The notes under the pieces: generated by a model
What the model was told of the DNA's origin: nothing
Databases searched by the model: none
Seen by the model: the letters and a program-made list of their open reading frames with translations, nothing else
Shown here: positions 40,959 through 55,458 of the stretch, one piece after another
Layout: each line of letters begins with the position of its first letter
Position numbering within the stretch: position 1 is the first letter of the stretch
Position numbers and translations under genes: made by a program
Source: Octopus vulgaris
Taxonomy: Eukaryota
DNA: 64,000 nt
Assembly: GCA_951406725.2 (NCBI GenBank)
Contig: OX597814.1
Coordinates: forward strand, 184,078,001 to 184,142,000
Direction of reading: 5' to 3'

Positions 40959-41419
40959 CTCATTTGGAAACAAACAAAATTATTTCCGATTTTAGTGTTA
41001 GACTTTTATTACAATCAGTATCTTTCTTCAACGCTAATAGAGAATAGTCACATCATCCTGGCCTAGTTGAAAATAAGTAAATATTTTTCTCAAGTAGCTA
41101 TGTCGTTATGAGTTTACAGAATTTCACAAGTGAAACTAATTTTACGAGTATTTTCTTTAGTTTTCCTTTATCTATAATCACCATTCGTAAACCTGTTTCA
41201 TACCAAGGTGATACTATGGGTACATCTTATATTCAGGGATATACTATCATCTGTTGGGAATGACAGATGCTGTGCAATTAAATCGAAGTAATACAGCTGT
41301 CTAGTAGATTAGACGAGCATAAGTGAAATGTTATTTGTATCTCAATGAAATGTCTGAAATCGATGCATGAAGCTAAAAGTAAACATACCAAGTGGGAATT
41401 TATTAAAAAATTTAACACA

Positions 41420-41760
41420 TTCCTTCTTGGTGATGCAGTGTTGTTTAAATATCTTGCATAGCTTCCCGCTTCTTTGTCGTAATATTAAATGACTCTCCCA
41501 TCACCTTTCATTCTCTTTGACACGTTGTAGCCACGTTATAACAGTGTAATTTCCGACTGAAACATACTGTCCCACCCATGCACCATCCCGCAGGACAACT
41601 GAATCTTTGCTAAGACTTCAGCTTAACTGTGACTGAAGTCTTTGTCCACAATATACACAGAGTACTGCAATTCACATTCATTTAAGAAAAGCACCGTTGC
41701 TGTGTCCGTACTAAGGTTTCCAAGCAATGGACATAAGAGTCTGCTCTCCAATGTTTACCA
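41420..41760 (-). mobile_element. Possible MULE transposase remnant
   Basis: Minus strand YIVDKDFS...AKIQL resembles the MULE D..D/CxxH region; heavily decayed. Confidence 0.3.
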
Positions 41761-41958
41761 TCAAAAGCTAAGGAAAAGTTGAAGAACGAAAGCAAATTGT
41801 AAAATGTAATCAATAATGCGTCTCCCTCGTCTCCACGGAATCAAATAAAAACAATCATGGGAATATTTGAAATAAAAGATTAAAAAATTTCCTCTGTTCA
41901 ATCTAAGCCCAAATTAGCATGTATGTATTAATTTTAAGAGCAGGTTAGATACTGTAAT

Positions 41959-42168
41959 GGCGGCGAGCTGGCAGAAACGTTAGCACGCCGGGCGAAATGC
42001 GTAGCTGTATTTCATCTGTCGATACGTTCTGAGTTCAAATTCCACCGAGGTCGACTTTACCTTTCGGGGTCGATAAATTAAATACCAGTTACGCATTGGG
42101 GTCGATGTAATCGACTTAATCCGTTTGTCTGTCCTTGTTTGTCCCCTCTGTGGGTAGTAAAGAAATAG
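41959..42168 (+). mobile_element. SINE family B monomer
   Basis: ggcggcgagctggcagaaacgttagc head and Meta-like core. Confidence 0.85.
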
Positions 42169-43045
42169 GTTAGATACTATAAGCAGCAGCAATAACAAAG
42201 TTTGTTGTTACAATTCGTAAGAAAATTTTTTTTTGTGATGCGTTTGTTATTAATGCAATAAGGTGGCCGTTTTAGTTCTATTCTTTTACATTCGTCATAA
42301 TACTTCCAAGGATGAAAATATATTCAAAATGTAACTCTATCTTAGTAATACGGCTATGTCAATGTATGTGTATACATGTGTATGGGTAAGTACAAATGTG
42401 AGCACAATCACACATATACACATATACATACATGCGCACACACAATCACACACACGCATAATCCCACCACCTCCATAGAGTGAATTTATCCCATGCATAT
42501 TTTACATATAAAACGAAATGCAATCTATACGCCTATATATGTTTGCCACAGAGCAGCAGAGGCACTGTTAGACTGTGTATGTGTGTATATATGAACGTGC
42601 ACATGTGCACACACATGCACATACACACACAAACACACATGCACACACACACACACAAAGTCATGAAGAAAAGATAGTATGTAACGTGATGTATGACGTT
42701 ACAGATAGTGCGACTGTTGCCCTTAAAAGACATAGTAACGCATTAATACTCTATCGCGATAAGTTCGATCTTACTGTTTGCAATTGGTGCGAACTGGTTG
42801 ATGATATGAAATTCCAGTGAAACGTAAATCAAACCGTTTTTTCTTCATAACTAAATTTGATGACGCTATCCACAAAACTCACGCACACATACAAACACAT
42901 AGATTCACAATCACGCGCATACTTAGATAAATACGTACATAGGTGCGTGCGTGGACGTGTATGTGTGCGTGTGAAAATACGTCGCCTTAAAACGATATTC
43001 CGAATACAAATGCAGCAATAGATAATAGCTGGATATTTGGAGTAA

Positions 43046-43419
43046 GGAAGGAAGCACTCCGTCGGTTACGACGATGAGGGTTCCAGTGGATCCGAATCAA
43101 CGGAACAGCCTGCTCGTGAAATTAACGTGTAAGTGGCTGAGCACTCCACAGACACATGTACCCTTAACGCAGTTCTCGGGGATATTCAGCGTGACACAGA
43201 GATTGACAAGGCCGGCCCTTTGAAATACAGGTACAACAGAAACAGGAAGTAAGAGTGAGAGAAAGTTGTGATGAAAGAGTACAGCAGGGATCACCACCAT
43301 CCCCTGCCGGAGCCTCGTGGAGCTTTAGGTGTTTTCGCTCAATAAACACTCACAACGCCCGGGCTGGGAATCGAAACCGCGAGTCCGCTGCCCTAACCAC
43401 TGGGCTATTGCGCCTCCAC
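43046..43419 (-). mobile_element. SINE family C with 11-bp TSD
   Basis: Reverse complement of 12005-12392; TSD atttggagtaa at 43035-43045 and 43420-43430. Confidence 0.85.
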
Positions 43420-43705
43420 ATTTGGAGTAAACGAAATATGGGAATGGATAATGTTGTGATACCACCTTAATAACTCGAACCACGCATTTAATGTAACCTA
43501 GAGTGTTGTGTTTGTGTATGTGTGTGAATGAGTTTGGTCTGGACACTAATGAGATCGTTACTGAGAAGGTTTTGCTGTAAGTTGAGAGCTGCAGGAAGAA
43601 CATGTGCAGGAAGCATATTCCACTTAGCCGATAATCCGGGATCAAAGGACAGGTGTAATGATTAGTGCAGGACCTCGACTATTGAACATAATATAGAATG
43701 ATGAG

Positions 43706-44157
43706 ACGGTGGGCTGGCAGAAACGTTAGCACGCCGGGCGAAATGCTTAGCGGTATTTCGTTAGCACGCTGGGCGAAATGCTTCGCGGTATTTAGTCTGC
43801 TGCTACGTTCTGAGTTCAAATTCCGTCGAGGTCAACTTTGCCTTTCATCCTTTCGGGGTCGATAAATTAAGAACCAGTTACGCACTGGGGTCGATATAAT
43901 CGATTTAATCCCTTTGTCTGTCCTTGTTTGTCCCCTCTGTGTTTAGCCCCTTGTGGGTAGTAAAGAATTAGGTATTTCGTTTGCCGTTACATTGTGAGTT
44001 CAAATTCCGCCGAGGTCGACTTGGCCTTTCATCCTTTCGGGGTCGGATGAATAAGTACCAGTTACACACTGGGGTCGATGTAATCGACTTAATCTCTTTG
44101 TCTGTCCTTGTTTGTTCCCTCTATGTTTAGCCCTTTGTCGGTAATAAACAAATAAGA
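43706..44157 (+). mobile_element. SINE family B dimer with partially duplicated head
   Basis: cgttagcacgcYgggcgaaatgctt occurs twice; two body units. Confidence 0.85.
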
Positions 44158-45889
44158 ATACAGAATGATGAGGAAAGAAAATAGAAGTCTTTTGAAAGTG
44201 CATGATTGCAGGTGACACGAAAACAGCCAGTATTAGCTGTAATATAGGTAAAGATAGGAAATGCCGATAGGTGCGTGATGTGTGTCTTGAAACCAATCTG
44301 TCGAGAAACCTTTATTTGTATGTGTAAAGCAATAACATCCTTCCATATTTGGATCACATTTGAATTTCGTATATGGTTAGAGATTTTAAGAGTTTGAAGG
44401 ATTTTTAGCATGAACGGGGAATACCAATGCTTGCGAGGCAATCTCTGTTATACTAATGAAATGTCTTCGCCAGGAGAGAGAGAGAGACGCAATCATTATA
44501 AAACACTGTATAATCAGTGGCTTACTAGTCCTTGTGTTTTACCCCTCACTCCTCGCTTGACGACCTATGTTGGTTTGTTTACATTCGTGAAACCTAGTAG
44601 TTCGGAAAAAGAGAGAAAAAAAGTACCAGATTAAAAAAATGATAATGTTCTGATGTCTATTTGTTTAGCTAAACCCTTTAAGGCTGTGCCCCAGCATGGC
44701 CAGAGTTCAATGACTGAAACAAGATAACGATTAAAGATATACAACGATGTAAGCTTGTATTTGGATGTCTTTGCATAAGCCTCGTTTTATTATTGTAATT
44801 GATGCGTTTTTGTTGTTAATTAGCCCAGGTAAACTTTGAGCAGACGTATGATCAAAGGTGTTCAAAGGGTTGGTAAATTTCTTCTTGTTTTCATGTGTAG
44901 CATTTCAAGTATCAAACCATCTAATAATTGTGTTTTTATCTTTTAAGATGACAAGATAGTCAGGTCATTTAATCTAGTAGAATTTGCTGCCAAATCTTTA
45001 ATTTATTAGAAAGTCGTAGAACACACCATAAAATGTCCATATGCAATTCATGGGAGAAGTCTACGGTGGGAAAGCCTTAACATTCCCACTAAGTGCTCGT
45101 TTGTGGTGTCACTGAAAAAGGTCAAACGACCGGTCGTCTTTTGACAGGTTGACGAAGCAGTTCAGTAGAACTCTCCACTCTCGTTATAACCAGGAATTTC
45201 TTGAAGAATGCTGGAAGATATGCTGGTCAAACTTTTCAATCTGTCATCTTGTATTGCTTCCTGGGTAATTTAATTTCTTTCTTAACGTGTTGGATATTCA
45301 CTGCTTGTATGAAAAAAACATACTGAGAGTATAGGCTTAATACATAATGTATGTGTGTGTGTGTGTGTGTGTGTGTGAATAATATTTAACATGTATGTAC
45401 GTAGATATGTATATAGGTAATACATTCATATGTAGTGCATAAAACAGTTTTGATGGTGGAACTTGAAATTAAGAAATCCTTCCTTGGATGGGAAAAAAGT
45501 CAAATGCTGCTCACCCAAGACATTATTCTAGACGCAGTTATTTATAGCATCATCTGTTTCGAATTACGCAGTTAAAACTATTAATCTCATATCTGTCGAA
45601 ATTTGAAACATTTTCAATATATAATATGTATGTATGTCATTAATCAATTTTATTTCAAGATTTCTTGCTAATAAAGAAAGAGTCGGTTTCTGACCTACAT
45701 CCAAAGCCCCTTTATTGGAATTTCAACAACACCAACAAGGTATTTTTGTATATATATATATATATATATATGCATATTCGTATGTTTTGCTTTATGTATG
45801 TAGTCTTACGCAGCGAGTTGCATATCTAAAGATGCTCATATATACTTAAATGATAAACTTCTGCAAAGTTTTACGGATTATTACACCAC

Positions 45890-46303
45890 AGGCGCAGGAG
45901 TGACTGTGTGGTATGTAGGTTGCTTACCAACCACATGGTTCAGCGTTCAGTCCCACTGCGTGGCAACTTGGGCAAGTGTCTTATACTATAGCCTCGGGCC
46001 GACCAAAGCCTTGTGAGTGGATTTGGTAGACGGAAACTGGAAGAAGCCCGTCGTATATATGTATATATATATATGTATGTGTGTGTATATATGTTCGTCT
46101 GTGTGTGTGTGTGTTTGACCCTCCCCCCCCAACATCGCTTGACAACCGATGCTGGTGTGTTTACGTCCCGGTAACTTAGCGGTTCGGCAAAAGAGACCTA
46201 TAGAGTAAGTACTAGACTTACAAAGAATAAGTTAGGTCGATTTGCTCGACTAAAGGCGGTGCTCCAGCATGGCCACAGTCAAATGACTGAAAGAGTAAAA
46301 GAG
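45890..46303 (+). mobile_element. SINE family A, full length
   Basis: Colinear match. Confidence 0.9.
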
Positions 46304-47625
46304 ATATGTATGTATGTATTATGCATGTATGTATGAGTGCGTATGTATGCATGTATGGTTGTCTGTATACGTCTATGTGTTTATATGTGCATGTATTTGT
46401 TTCTGATTTTTTTTAATCGGCAAAATATTTTTTAAAAAGTGGCTTAAGTTTGATATGTACTATGCTCGAATATCTCCAGCTCCCGAGTCATATTTTTAAC
46501 TTTCTGTCGATGATAACACACACGCACACACACACACACACACCTACACACGCAAGTACACACACATATACTGAATCTTTTCGTCTCCTGTATGTTCTAA
46601 CAACCATTTATGTGTGTATGTGTGTGCGTGCTTGTTTGAGCGTGTGTAAATTGAGCTTGTGTGTGTATGCGTGAATTATCGTATAGTTTATATAACTCGA
46701 GCTCGGGTACCATGATATTCTAACCTTTTGATCTTAGTGTTAACTGCCTAATTAAAATCATAGAAAAAAATGAACAAAAAAGGGCAGATTTCATGTTTTT
46801 CCGTGATCAAAGTCGCTGTGTAAGGAAATCTAGACAAATAGAAAATAAATCTAAACTTAACATCTTTGAGCATAAATCCGCTTCAAACTAAAAGATCAAC
46901 AAAATAAAAAAAACAAACAAGGAAAATAAAAAGACCTACGAATTTGTTTAATATATAATTTATACCTGATATGAAGCAAACTTATTCTAACGTGATGTTT
47001 TGCTTTGATTACATCAATATTCCACAACATTTTTTTCTCTTTGTGACGCAATCAAGATGAAATCAATATTTCCTAGGGTTCGTCGTGTTGTTTTGTTTTT
47101 AAAGTAAAATCACTTAAAAATATGAAAATTTAGGTAAAAAAGACTATTGCTTATCTTGTTTTATTAAATTTTGTGTTTTACAAAATTATGAATTAAACCT
47201 CTTCCAAGCATAAATATAATTTTTGTCAAACGTTAGATAATTTTGTTTTTTTAAAGCCACGGTGCACTAGTTTGTCGTAGTGTATCTATGCGTCACATCG
47301 TATTGCTTCGTTTGGGTTAACCTGGTTAAGTGCAACAGACTATTGGGCAATAAAACAATTTTAAAATTTTTAATAGAAAAATTGTTATTTTCTTTGTAGT
47401 GTTGTGATTTTATTTCTGAAATATCGACACTTAATCTATCTATCTATCTATCTATCTATCAAACTATCTGTCTGTCTGTCTGTCTGTCTGCCTGCCTGCC
47501 TGCCTGTCTGTATGTCTGTCTGCCTGTCTGCCTGCCTGCCTGTTAGTTGGCTTGTCTGTCAGTCTCTGTCTTCTGTGTGTCTGTTTCTCTCTCTCTCTCT
47601 CTCTCTCTCTCACTTTCTCTTTCTT

Positions 47626-47681
<56 letters not shown>

Positions 47682-47713
47682 TTTTAAAAAGGAGATGTGG
47701 AACACGAGTTGTG

Positions 47714-48036
47714 ATATATAAAAAAAAGGAAATGAAGAAAATGCTAACAAAATAATTTAAGTAATTTAATTAGGTGAAAGTTCTTTTTACCGGTTGCGCA
47801 TTTGTTATGCTTATCAAGATATACTTTTTTAAGAGAGATAGAGTTCCTTTCTGATAGATTTTTTCCTCTTATCCTCCAGATAAGTGGAAAAAATCTATCA
47901 GAAAGGAACTCTATCTCTCTTAAAAATATATATCTTGATAAGCATAACAAATGCGCAACCGGTAAAAAGAACTTTCACCTAATTAAATTACTTAAATTAC
48001 TTAAATTATTTTGTCAGCATTTTCTTCATTTCCTTT

Positions 48037-48045
<9 letters not shown>
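47714..48045. repeat. Long near-perfect palindrome (~160-bp arms) in (TA)n
   Basis: ggaaatgaagaaaatgct..cttatc-ctcca-gataag..agcattttcttcatttcc. Confidence 0.95.
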
Positions 48046-48067
<22 letters not shown>

Positions 48068-48612
48068 CATTACATGCAAACATATGCGCACATGCATACG
48101 TACATAGATGGACAAATCTATAGTTGTTCAAATCTACTCCCTTAGAACATAATGTGGGCAGAGGAATTTGCGAAACGTAAAATATGAGAGACATGAAATG
48201 CTTTCTTGTAGCTATTTATGCATATTCTCTCCACGTGCAGCCATATTCAGATTTCTTTTTTCATAAAAGTATTGAAGATTTACAATTATATATTATATTC
48301 TTCTGGCAGGTATGAGTTGCATGCTTTAGATTTGTTGGAATATGAACCTGCGATTTCCACAATTGTATGTACCTAGTGGGCTGGACGAATAGATTTATTT
48401 AGATGTCTAGAAACCTTCCTAGAAGCATGTCGATGTTTAGTACTAGTAGGGGATTGGAATACTATTTTGAACGCACCATGGGATTGTGGAGGAGGCAATC
48501 CCATAGTGAGGATGCAAAAGCCTCGTAAACATGCTCAGATGTTTCAAAGTGTCTGACAGTACCGATTTCTCGAATGTGCCAATGTAGACTTAGAACAACT
48601 GGTTCTTCCATA

Positions 48613-48792
48613 ACTCTTTACTCTTTTACTTGTTTGTCATGTGACTGTGGCCATGCTGGAGCACCGCCTTTAGTCGAGCAAATCGACCCGGGGACTTATT
48701 CTTTGTAAGCCTAGTACTTATTCTATCGGTCACTTTTGCCAAACACACCAGCATCGGTTGTCAAGCGATGTTGGGGGACAAACACACGCACA

Positions 48793-48823
<31 letters not shown>

Positions 48824-48988
48824 TTATATATATACATACATATATAAGACGGGCTTCTTTCAATTTCCGTCTCGGCTTTGGTCGGCCCGAAACTATAGTA
48901 GAAGACACTTGCCCAAGGTGCCACGCAGTGGGACTGAACCCGGAACCATGTGCTTCGTAAGCAGGCTACTTACCACACACCCACTCCT
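48613..48988 (-). mobile_element. SINE family A
   Basis: Colinear match with deletions. Confidence 0.85.
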
Positions 48989-49179
48989 TATCCCATGTCG
49001 TATTTAGAAAAAATAATCGTTAGGTTAACTGACAAAGATATATTTGGGTGTCCAGAATTGAAACTGGTTGGCAACACCGATTACGCATTCATGGTTGTTT
49101 TAGATAGGAACACGGCTGCTAGAAGTCGAACGTATCTTTCCCTGAGCGAAAAACTACAGAAAACGAACTACAGAGCTAG

Positions 49180-49577
49180 ATTCTTTTCTACTCTAGGCAC
49201 AAGGCGCGAAATTTTTGGGGAGAGGGCCAGTCGATTAGGTCGACCCGAGCACGCAATGGTACTTACTTTATCGAGCCCGAAAGGATGAAAGGCAAAGTCG
49301 ACCTCGGCGGAATTCGAACTCAGAACGTAAATACAAACGAAATACCTATTTCTTCACTACCCACAAGGGGCTAAACACAGAGAACACAAATAAGGACAGA
49401 CAAACGGATTAAGTCGATTATATTGACCCCAGTGCCTAACGTACTTATTTAATCGACCCCGAAAGGATGAAAGGCAAAGTCGACCTCGGCGGTATTTGAA
49501 CTCAGAACGTAGCGGCAGACGCAATACTGCTAAGCATTTCACCCGGCGTGCTAACATTTCTGCCAGCTCGCCGCCTT
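49180..49577 (-). mobile_element. SINE family B dimer
   Basis: Head ggcggcgagctggcagaa and two Meta-like cores. Confidence 0.85.
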
Positions 49578-50747
49578 GATTAGAGAGCTAGATTAGAGGC
49601 ATCTGACAGAATCAGTGGTCAATAATAGGTAGTGGAGATACTTGAAGAGGGTAATTAAATATGAATCAATAGCATAGGGTAAAGAACGAGTGATAAACCG
49701 AAATAAATTATATTAGAGGAAGATCTAGAGGTAATTAGACGACTACAGATAATTATGGAATTTAGCAGCTACCACGACGGCCTGACACAACTGAAGAAAA
49801 AAGAGGTTTGACACTGTGAAACTGAGATGCCTGAAAATACTGAGTGGTTGCTCGACGGGAAAATCTATGTTTGGATAGTTTGCCCTAAGAATTTTATGGT
49901 TATATGCCAGAGCGGTTTGGTAACCTTTTGGTATACGTCAATCATAACTGTCAGCAAAGCGAGAGAATCCTGGTCTGTGGGCCGACGAGTGTTAACTTTG
50001 CTGAGAAAGAATACTAACACAAGAGATCTTATAAACAATTTTTTCCCTTCACCTTGCTAAATGCAGATTTGGCCAAGAAGTTAGCAAAAAGATTGGCGCT
50101 CGTTGTATTTTTCTTTATTGTGTGTTTTGGTAGTTACTGGTAGTGACTCTTCTTCTTCTTCTTCTTCTTCTTCTTCTTCTTCTTCTTCTTCTTCTTCTTC
50201 TTCTTCTTCTACTTCATGGAATCACTCGCATTTATTTATTATCGTTATTCTCAGAATTTCAGAATTTATCGGACTTAATTCTAGAATAACCTCATACAGG
50301 CGTTGCAAGTGATAGAAAGAGCGGCAATATTTATGCTAGTATGACAGTAAGTAACTAGGTCCAAGTCAAAATGAAATGCCAGAAAACAACAGAGTGCTGA
50401 AGAAAAAAAATGAAGGCTAAAAGCCTGTAAATGAAATAAAGAGTAAACCAAAGATTAAATAAGAAATAAACGGAAAGAGAAAGAATTTGATTACAAATCT
50501 GGAAATGTCAGATGTAATTTCATGGTCAAATTCAGATCAATCATACACTTCTTTCTTTATTTACATATAGTTTTAACGCTGCAGACGAACTATATACACA
50601 TACATACATACATACATACATACATACATACATACATACATACATACATACATACATACGTACATACATACATACATACATACATACATACATACAAACA
50701 TACATACATACATACACACACATACATATATATACATGCATGTTATT

Positions 50748-50782
<35 letters not shown>

Positions 50783-51113
50783 CTTGCATGCTCCGATCCA
50801 CGTGGTGTGTGTGGGCGTATGTTTGCGTTTGTATATATCAGTTAATGTAGCTACGAACCTGTTCGCTATGTATTTTTGAAATTTGAACTAATATTTATAT
50901 GAATGGGTTTTCTATTTGTAAGCACACAATTGAAATCTGCTTATCAAGTGGTGTTTTTTGTATAGAGATATATATGTGTGAGTGAGCGTGTATGTGCTTG
51001 TGTGTATAATTGAGTGACCATGTGTATGTACGCGCCCGTGCGAGTGTGTATGCATATATGTATGTATAGTTATACCAATCACTCGACATAGGAAATAACT
51101 TAGTATCAGCATG

Positions 51114-51506
<393 letters not shown>

Positions 51507-51619
51507 CACACATAGATATTGATATAAATTCATATACATATACATTTATATACACATAAATCCATAGGTATATCAATCTCTCTCTCTCTCTCTCTCTCTC
51601 ACACTTTCTCTGCATGAAT

Positions 51620-51671
<52 letters not shown>

Positions 51672-51734
51672 ATATATATATATACGCATGTATGTATGTA
51701 TGTATGTATGTATGTATGTATGTATGTATGTATA

Positions 51735-51930
51735 TTGTTAATCCAAACATGAACAAAGGGAAAACACAACAACGCGAGGACGTGGAGCAAGTATAATGCT
51801 ATTGGAAGCTCAGGAAAGGAAAGAAAGAAGGAGGATTTACCGTTTCGAGCGGAACTCTTCGTCAGAAATATAGAAAAAAGGAAAATACCAAGGAAGGGAA
51901 GACGGAGAAATAAAATCGCCAACGATACAT
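51735..51930 (-). mobile_element. Short Penelope-LTR/retrozyme-like module with hammerhead motif
   Basis: Minus strand attt-ctgacga-a-gagt-tcc-gctc-gaaac-g-gta-aat at about 51836-51870; same family as 10572-10775. Confidence 0.6.
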
Positions 51931-51937
51931 ACGTGTA

Positions 51938-51969
<32 letters not shown>

Positions 51970-53665
51970 TTTTGAAACATATTTGTAACTATAATGCTTA
52001 AAATGCATACATATCTTTCGGTGTAAGTATTTATTGTGACTTCGTTTCAAATAGATACATCTTATGCCTGTATATTTACCGGAATAGCTTGTCTGTATGA
52101 ACTCCTACATACATATATATTAATACTGATCAGTATGAATGCATAAATCTAATCTCTGTATATTTCTATTTGTTAGCTAACGTTCGTGTGCTACCATGTG
52201 TGTATATGCGTTTGCGAACATTTATTTAAATAACTATCAGTTTCTAAGTACATATTTATCAAATCGATCTTTCTATTCATAAGGATTGTCAAATCCTTCA
52301 AAATGATAAAGAAAGAGGAACTAATGCTATTAAATTTTCTTATACTTTTACATTAGTAAACTGTTGTTCAAAAATGGAATAACACTATATTATATGTCAA
52401 ACTGCCAAGCAAGAAAACATTTGTATAGTTTGAGAAATTAGCGAGATGATTATCCAGTGGAAATTCTTGACGCCTCTTTTTCGTACAATTTATCGATTTT
52501 AACAATTTCTAACTATATATTCTGTCTAAATATCTGACATGAGTTTGTATGCCTACGATTTTAAACTGTTGGGGGAATATTAATAAAATTATATTTAAAG
52601 ATGAAAAATATTCCAACATTTCTTCCATCTACGTTTTGATTCGATTGCGGTTTATTATCGAGATTCATCAGGTTGTTATTTCGAAATGTGCGCATGACTA
52701 TGAACTGGATTCGAACTCATAAAAATTATACCCAATGACAGTTGAAGACCAACTATACGTACACAGTGGATAAAAATATTACAACATTTTATCAGTTCGA
52801 AAAAATATTACTGGAATTTCCTACGAAACAGTTGATGGTAGTATATAATTGTATAAAAATGATCGTTTTATGAAACCTGTAAACTTTAACTTGATCAATT
52901 TCTAAATTCATGAGGCTCAAAGGAAGCACTATAAACCATTCAATACATCTTTAACTGCTACTTTCATTTCACGTTTCGTAGGTTTTAACAGGACATATTT
53001 GAATATAATAAAAGCAAACACCATTCTGAATAGTAAGTTATTCTGCACAATACTAGTTACATCTACGGATGTTTTACGGATCCATTTTTGCTTACGTCTC
53101 AAACGTGTTTTGCAAATAGCGCAAAACGGATCTATTTTTAGTGCTAGAGTAGACCACATGGTGGTTACTCTCTTATATTTATGTATAAAATGTATCGTAA
53201 TCCGGGTTTTGTACGCACTAAGCCACTTGGTGTTAAATGGATGTACTATTAAATTAGTATCCAACTTTCTCACCCTCATTAGTTGATTGTAATTATGCCA
53301 CATTTAATTTTGGATGTAGTATCTGTTTCTGTGAATTTTGGCGGGCCGTGGCAGGGGCACTTGAACTATAGCAGCGAATGCAATCGACTGGACCGCACGT
53401 GCGTTTATCGTGCTGGTAAAGTTTAGCGTGCGGTCGAGTAAATTGTATTCTAAACGGGTTCGGCCGATGAGCTACCGATAAAAGTATATTATGTGAATAA
53501 AATTACATAATTTATTAATTTATTAATAGCGAAACAATTGTCCCGAACTAATTTACATTTTTGTTATGTTTATTTGCCCTGTCTGCGCCAGTAGTTGAGC
53601 TAACTTTCATTGGAAACATTTTTTATGTGGTTGAAACCCATCGGATCTAACATGGTGGTTACTCT

Positions 53666-53730
<65 letters not shown>

Positions 53731-54139
53731 ATTAAGATCATTTACAGGAAACGCTTTGAATATGCATATATAAGCTTACATTCTATTATGCCGGCTATAC
53801 CCTAATGATGCCAGCTGGTGATACCAGATTTCTGGGGTCGCACCGAGCTGTGCTGATATAATGCAAGATAAATATAGTAATAATAATGATGATGATGATG
53901 ATATTAATCCTTCGATGGAATTTATCACCCCAGGAATACAGACTATGACCTAAAGAAACATGTGATTTGTGGAAACGCATGTAGCTGTGCCTTAAAATAT
54001 TTATAAATTCCATCCAAGGAATATTATTATTACTCAGTATAACATTATTTAACTTCTGTTGTAGAGATTGCACATATTGGTGCAGTACTGCCTTTTTCTA
54101 TAATGTCTCTCATTAATGCTCGTATTCGCTGCCGGCAAA

Positions 54140-54350
54140 TGATGGGATTCAAGTAGAAAGTATGTTATCTTTGAGTTCTTGTTCAAAGAGAGTGCAGGGT
54201 GTCCGATATCCTCTGAAATGTGCAAGATGGGTGAAGGAGTTTAAGGACTGTTAATCAAGTATTGAACACAAACTATGTAGTGGGAGACATCAACTGCGAT
54301 CACTGACACAAATCGCCAGCGAACGGACGAAGAGAGATGAGTTGCAATTC
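54140..54350 (+). mobile_element. Mariner transposase N-terminal remnant
   Basis: EFLFKE.., ARWVKEFKD, STAITDTNRQRTD. Confidence 0.5.
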
Positions 54351-55345
54351 ATGAGCTTCCTGTAGAAGCTGCGGTCACAATATATTTCAGAAGATAGTAG
54401 ATAGACACACACATATATACACACACACAAACATCTATAAATGTGTATATAAACATATACTTATATATTTCCACGGAACATTCAATTTGGATATTCGTTT
54501 TTACTCAATTTATATTGTTCCTTTTTTCTTGCTAGATTTAATTTCCACTATTTTAAATCAGTAACTACTATTTTCTTACCAATAAATAGCCACAGAAAGG
54601 ATTTTCCACACAGCTAGTAAATTGGGCAAGATATACATGGACATAATGGACAAGGTATACATTGGACAACAGTTTCACCTTTTCATGCATATAAATTAAA
54701 ATGAATGGATCAATGCTGCTTCTATATCCGTTTTGCACTATTTTTAGAATGAAACAGTTGAAGGAGTATATCCAAATATACTAAACCCTTATATAGGTAG
54801 TTAATTCTGCAAAGTTTCCGACTTTGGCAACTTACAGTTTGTGGGCAGCAACTATGCTAATATCACAGAGCTGTCATATTTATCTATCTTCGCACCATGG
54901 TCAGTATAACGTTGTAACATTGTATAACAGTACAGAATTGAAAATTGGTGTGAAAGTATGGCTTTGCAGGTTAAAATAACGGTATTTTATTTTAATCGTT
55001 AAGCTACCACCAAGTTGTTAAATATGTGCTATGTACGTAGCGTAGAAGTTCGTTCCATGACGTTAAATACAAAGTTCTGTCACATACACAGACAAAACGT
55101 GTATAGGTGTATAACTCGTAGGAAGATGTTACTGTCAACACCAGAATTTCACGAGAACATGGTACTACATAGCACACGGTAACCCCATCCTGATTCCAAA
55201 AATGGCCTATAGCGAAAAATGAAAATACGAAGTTATACGAGTTTCCTAAATATATTTTAATTTCTTATTTTGAATCACTTCATTGCAGCTTAATCACAAC
55301 TCTCATTCACTGGAGATCTCTCTTTTCTCTTTCATTTCCACTCAC

Positions 55346-55458
55346 CTTTGTATAATAAAATCTGCGTCAACTCGGTTTAATAAAGGAATACAATGAATGA
55401 CGAGGGTTGTTTCACAAAGCAAAACGGCAAGGCAAAGCAAAACTAATTTGTTTTCCAT
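55346..55458 (-). CDS. First coding exon of a secreted-protein gene (signal peptide); product unknown
   Basis: gaaATGg start; MENKLVLLCLAVLLCETTLVIHCIPLLNRVDADFIIQ+ag; consensus donor AAG|GTGAGT after 55346; unique non-repeat sequence; upstream acceptor tttcttttcttcctttcag| at 55543. Confidence 0.7.

Larger units (their letters stand above)
48340..50105 (+). mobile_element. Tx1/L1-clade ORF2 remnant (APE + start of RT), interrupted by two SINEs
   Basis: LYVPSG, LETFLEACRCLVLVGDWNTIL, SYLEKIIVR..NTDY, LDSLP*EFY..MPERFGNLL, LLRKN..INNF, LAKKLAKRLAL. Confidence 0.75.

Noticed and set aside
46720-47326. piggyBac MITE (GGGTTAA end)
   Set aside because: No matching left TIR or TTAA could be established; the same applies to the GGGTTAA motifs at 33848 and 34377.
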